DNA from: an uncultured delta proteobacterium
Lineage (GTDB): Bacteria; Myxococcota_A; Polyangia; Polyangiales; Polyangiaceae
Length of the DNA stretch: 64,000 nt
Direction of reading: 5' to 3'
NCBI GenBank assembly: GCA_963716725.1
Contig: CAVQUB010000002.1
Location: forward strand, 320,001-384,000
Each line of letters starts with the position of its first letter. The stretch's first letter is position 1. Both the position numbers and the translations under genes were made by a program. This document shows positions 62,696-64,000 of this stretch, in pieces. The notes under the pieces were generated by a model. That model was not told the origin of the DNA and ran no database searches. It saw only the letters and a program-made list of their open reading frames with translations.

Positions 62696-62818
62696 TCTCT
62701 GGCCCGGGTGGAAATCGCAGTCCCAGTGCGGCTTTGGAGCGGCGCGCAGCCGCGCCCGAGCGCACGTGGAGCCAGGGGCAGCCTAGGCTCCCTGCGGGGG
62801 GGTGACAAGCCCTCTAAA

Positions 62819-63670
62819 TTAGCGAATCCTTTGCGCTTCCGCTGTCGCCTTGAGCTTGGAGAGGAGGCGCCTCTGCGCCCGGATTGCGCCCGGACTGCCG
62901 CCGAGCCGCTCCGCGTCGACGAGCGCGCGCTCCGCTTCGCCGAGGCGACCCAGGCCGAGCAGCGCCCACGCGCGGCCGAGTCGCAGATCGCCGTGCTCGG
63001 GGCGGGCACGGCACAGCACCTCGTAGTGCTCGAGGGCCGACGCCGCGTCTTTGCGAGCGACCGCCAGAGTCGCGAGGCCGAGCCGATTGTCGAGGGACGC
63101 GGGATCCGCCGCGAGACCGGACCGATAGGCCCGCTCGGCGCCTGAGAAATCCTCGAGTTTCGTCCGGACGAGCCCCAAGGCGTGCCAACTCCGGGCGTCC
63201 CGGGGATCGCGCTTCAAGGCTTCGGCCAAGCGCGGCTCGGCGAGCTCGACCTCCCCCCACTGGGCCGCTCGCAGACCTCCGGCGCGGGGACCCTCCACTC
63301 GCGCGGGGGCGACCTCGGCCGCGCGGTCGTACATGGTCAGCGCCTCATCGTAGCGGTGGGCGAGCTCGAAGGCGTATCCCATTTCGATCCAGGGCGCCGG
63401 ATCGCCGGGACCGAGTCGCTGGGCGAGGATCTTGGCCTCACGCTCGGCGGCCCCGAGATCGCCGGTCAGCGCCAGGACCCGAATCAAGAGCTTGCGCTCG
63501 TCGACGGCGTCCGGATGGGCCGCGAGGTGCTGCCGCAGCAGAGCGATGGCCTCTTTTTCTTGGTTCTTGTGCACGAGCATCCGCGCTCGCGCCGCCGAGC
63601 TCGCGTCGCTCTGCACGGTGCAGCCGGCGAGCGAACCCACGAGCAGGGCGACCGCGATGCGTTGCAGCAT
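62819..63670 (-). CDS. TPR lipoprotein
   Basis: ATG 63670: MLQRIAVALLVGSLAGC (lipobox) followed by TPRs. Confidence 0.82.
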   Translation of the reverse strand: MLQRIAVALLVGSLAGCTVQSDASSAARARMLVHKNQEKEAIALLRQHLAAHPDAVDERKLLIRVLALTGDLGAAEREAKILAQRLGPGDPAPWIEMGYAFELAHRYDEALTMYDRAAEVAPARVEGPRAGGLRAAQWGEVELAEPRLAEALKRDPRDARSWHALGLVRTKLEDFSGAERAYRSGLAADPASLDNRLGLATLAVARKDAASALEHYEVLCRARPEHGDLRLGRAWALLGLGRLGEAERALVDAERLGGSPGAIRAQRRLLSKLKATAEAQRIR

Positions 63671-63719
63671 TCTGCGGCAAGGCTTGCACGCCCGAGGGCG
63701 AAGCGGTAGCGGGGCGAAG

Positions 63720-64000
63720 ATGAAGTCCAGCGACATCAAGACCATCGCCGTGATCGGTGCGGGGCAAATGGGTGGCGGCATCGCGCAGGTGGCCGCAGCT
63801 CGAGGTTTCTCCGTCGTGCTCAGCGACGCTTCAATGGATCTCGCGAAGAAGGGCAAGGACAAGATCGCGAAGGTCCTGGCCAAACAGGTCGCCAAAGGCA
63901 AGCTCGAAGCCGGGGACGTCGAGGCCTTGCTCGCTCGCATCGCGCCCCACCCCACGGGAGAAGCCCTCGACACGGCCGACCTCGTCGTCGAAGCGGCGAC
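63720..64000 (+). CDS. 3-hydroxyacyl(butyryl)-CoA dehydrogenase, N-terminal part; runs off the right edge
   Basis: MKSSDIKTIAVIGAGQMGGGIAQVAA...ADLVVEAA. Confidence 0.9.
   Translation, partial: MKSSDIKTIAVIGAGQMGGGIAQVAAARGFSVVLSDASMDLAKKGKDKIAKVLAKQVAKGKLEAGDVEALLARIAPHPTGEALDTADLVVEAA

Overview
GC-rich (roughly 70% by eye) chromosomal segment of a myxobacterium, most likely Polyangiales/Polyangiaceae-like. That placement rests on MYXO-CTERM proteins, myxobacterial Cys-rich repeats, giant TPR proteins and a myxobacterial-type T2SS. Contents from left to right: a topoisomerase IV-like parC/parE pair; a GspE-N-domain protein; ftsB; an EAD-like/pseudokinase/TPR protein; a Cys-repeat lipoprotein; a membrane diguanylate cyclase; a gspC-gspN type II secretion operon preceded by a sigma-54 promoter and an NtrC-family regulator; a SpoIID-MYXO-CTERM protein; isochorismatase and ferredoxin genes; an orphan aKG-HExxH enzyme; an sqr-tusE-dsrE sulfur module; bioA with a histidine kinase; dnaX-recR; ridA; secreted proteins; a class IV aminotransferase; a 3789-aa TPR protein; and the start of a 3-hydroxyacyl-CoA dehydrogenase. 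About eight single-base frameshifts and one in-frame stop interrupt conserved genes in the first 44 kb. These most likely reflect sequencing or consensus errors, which limits confidence in gene-boundary oddities. I saw no rRNA, tRNA, CRISPR array or mobile element. The best leads are: (i) parC reading in frame into parE with no stop; (ii) a regulatory circuit for the T2SS (sigma-54 promoter, GACA-N3-TGTC boxes in front of both gspC and the regulator, a linked DGC and an MshEN-like GspE); (iii) an EAD-like domain fused to a pseudokinase and TPRs; (iv) surface-sorted lytic enzymes near the T2SS; (v) an orphan HExxH peptide-modifying enzyme. All calls come from motif reading by eye; no database searches were run.
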